The notes below the pieces were generated by a model that made no database searches, was not told the origin of the DNA, and was given only the letters and a program-made list of their open reading frames with translations. From Eledone cirrhosa (taxonomy: Eukaryota): a stretch of 64,000 nt of DNA. A program made the position numbers and the translations under genes. Below, in pieces: positions 62,003-64,000 of this stretch. The first letter of the stretch is position 1. Each line of letters opens with the position of its first letter. Where the stretch lies: the NCBI GenBank assembly GCA_964016885.1, contig OZ024745.1, positions 120,900,001 to 120,964,000 on the forward strand, written 5' to 3'.

Positions 62003-63317
62003 TATTACATCGCTTATATAAACATACATTTGCATCGTTATATAAGGTTTATATTTCTGTCACTAATTTTCTCCTTTTCCGTTTTCATTACATTTCACTG
62101 TAATGCAGTTTATATATAATATCTTTTTTTAGAGTCTCTCTTCAATTTCTGTGCATACTGTCAATTAGAATTTTATTTGACATATATCTAGATGCATGTA
62201 TATTTGCATATAATATCAATATGCACACTACACATGCTAGCAGAAAACCACCTGCTAGTATTATATAATGGTTTCTGATTTAGGCACAAGGCCAACAATT
62301 TTGGGAGACAGGAAAGTCGATTGAATGATCCAGTGAATTACTGGTACTTTATTTTATCAACTCCGTAAGGATGAAAGGCAAAGTTAACCTCGGCGGGATT
62401 TGAACTCAGACCGTAAAGAGACGTAACTATGCTACAAAGCATGTTGTCTGACACTCCACCGATTCTGCCAATCCACCGCCATGCAATACTATATAATGCA
62501 AAAAGGTCTTGTGTGGTTCATTGAAATATCACATTGACAAATACTGTGACATGATGTTTATTGGAAATGGACAAAATATAATTATTTCTACATAATGAAA
62601 CTTGGCTGCAATTATTGGTTTTTGGTTGAATATTTTATTAAGACATGTTGGAATCTGCATTAAGCAGATATAGCAGAATCCCAAGACTTACAACACACAC
62701 CAACGACTTCCACCATCTCATAACTTGATGTTATATGGCTTCAATAAACATATTAAGTCATCAGTGTGTGAATATATTAGTTAATAAAGGTCATAGAACA
62801 AAACATAAAACTAGTATGCAGAGTCAGGACATTCTGAAAGCTCTGTCTCTCTCTCTCATTTATATATATATACACACACCTCTATCTCAATTTCTCTCTC
62901 TCTCACACACACTCCCTCCCTCTCACTTAGAATTACAGCTCAGTAAGCAATGTAATATGTAAAAGAAGAAGTAAAATAGGAAAACAAATAATGTAAATGT
63001 TTTGTTGTTGTTTTTTCGGGGGGAGGGATTCTTCTTTTTTTTTGCTGATTCAGTGAAAGCATCGTCATCATTTTATGCCTGCTGTCCATGTTGGCATGGG
63101 TTGTAATGGAGAGAACTCATGATGTTCATAAGTTCCATATTTGATTTGGCTTCTATGGCTGGATGCCATTTCCAATGCCAACCTCTTTACAGGGTGTATT
63201 GAACCCATTTTATTATGGCACCAGCACTAAAAATATATAGGTCAAGGCTGAGCCTATACATATGTAGGTTACGCCTCAGTTTGAACATATTGTATGTTAT
63301 GATTGAGCCTGATCATA

Positions 63318-63628
63318 TACAGTTGTCCCCTGGTATTCATGAGGGTTACATTCTTTGAGCACCAGCAATAAGTGAAAAACCAAGAATATTGGTGTGGCCC
63401 ATAAAAATGCCTATAAACTTCAAAACATAACGTAAAATATAGGCCGGCAAATATGGTATATTGTTGTTAATAATCTAGCATTAAAAAACATGAAAAAATA
63501 TATATTGCCACAAAAACAGCCATAAAATATTGCAGAAGATATTTACGATTCCATGAATAATTATTAGTTAGGTTCTAAGGAAAATTATGTGAATAACCGG
63601 GACCGCGAATGCCAGGGGTACCCTGTAC
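63318..63628. mobile_element. Tigger/pogo-like MITE
   Basis: TA-CAGTTGTCCCCTGGTATTCATG...CGCGAATGCCAGGGGTACCCTG-TA. Confidence 0.65.
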
Positions 63629-63724
63629 AGAGGTCAAGACTCAGCCCTAACATATTTAAGTCAAAGCTGATCATGATACCATTTATGCCTGGTTTTCCTT
63701 GAAAGCCTGGAAATCTGTATGTAT

Positions 63725-64000
63725 GTCCTTCCTTCTCATCCCATCCTCATATCTGGGGGTCGGCGGGTCACGGATTTATTGACCAGCACTCTCCATCTTT
63801 TCCTGTCTCTTGCCATTGCCATACATTCCACCAAACTCCTTCCTGTCCATTCCTTAATATCATCTGTCCATCTTATTTTCTGCCATCCCCTGGCCCTTTA
63901 CCCCTGTATTCGTCCCTCAAGGATGAGGGTAGTCAAATTTTGGGCCCTGATGACATGACCACGGTTTCAACCAACTGTCAATTGGCACCAATCTCTTCCA
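63725..64000 (-). mobile_element. RTE-like LINE 3' fragment running off the window edge
   Basis: Minus strand encodes GHVIRAQNLTTLILEGRIQG.RARGWQK..WTDDIKEWTG...AQDRKRWR-like sequence. Confidence 0.7.

Noticed and set aside
58511-64000. Upstream SLC23 exons (TM1-3)
   Set aside because: No segment with QH or RLP-type motifs and suitable splice sites was found by eye. They are presumably beyond the window.

Overview
AT-rich, repeat-dense animal genomic DNA, most likely an octopod cephalopod (inferred from the SINE, RTE and microsatellite landscape; not proven). One host gene is visible: a minus-strand SLC23/NAT (nucleobase-ascorbate) transporter. Eight of its exons (58510 down to the stop at 26872) splice in frame with canonical GT-AG sites, and its N-terminal exons lie beyond the right edge. 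It has non-canonical residues at two substrate-determining positions. The first 10 kb is a Penelope-like element (PLE) hot-spot: a decayed two-ORF RT + GIY-YIG PLE plus several type I hammerhead ribozyme motifs of different sequence families on both strands, one split by a SINE-tail insertion. Other elements are a nearly intact DD34D mariner, a 5'-truncated RTE LINE with a PHD-like finger and its partner SINE, a decayed Gypsy, and CR1, CRE, Vingi-like and maT fragments. Two SINE families, piggyBac-, hAT- and Tigger-type MITEs, minisatellites and microsatellites make up the rest. No prokaryotic-type systems are present.
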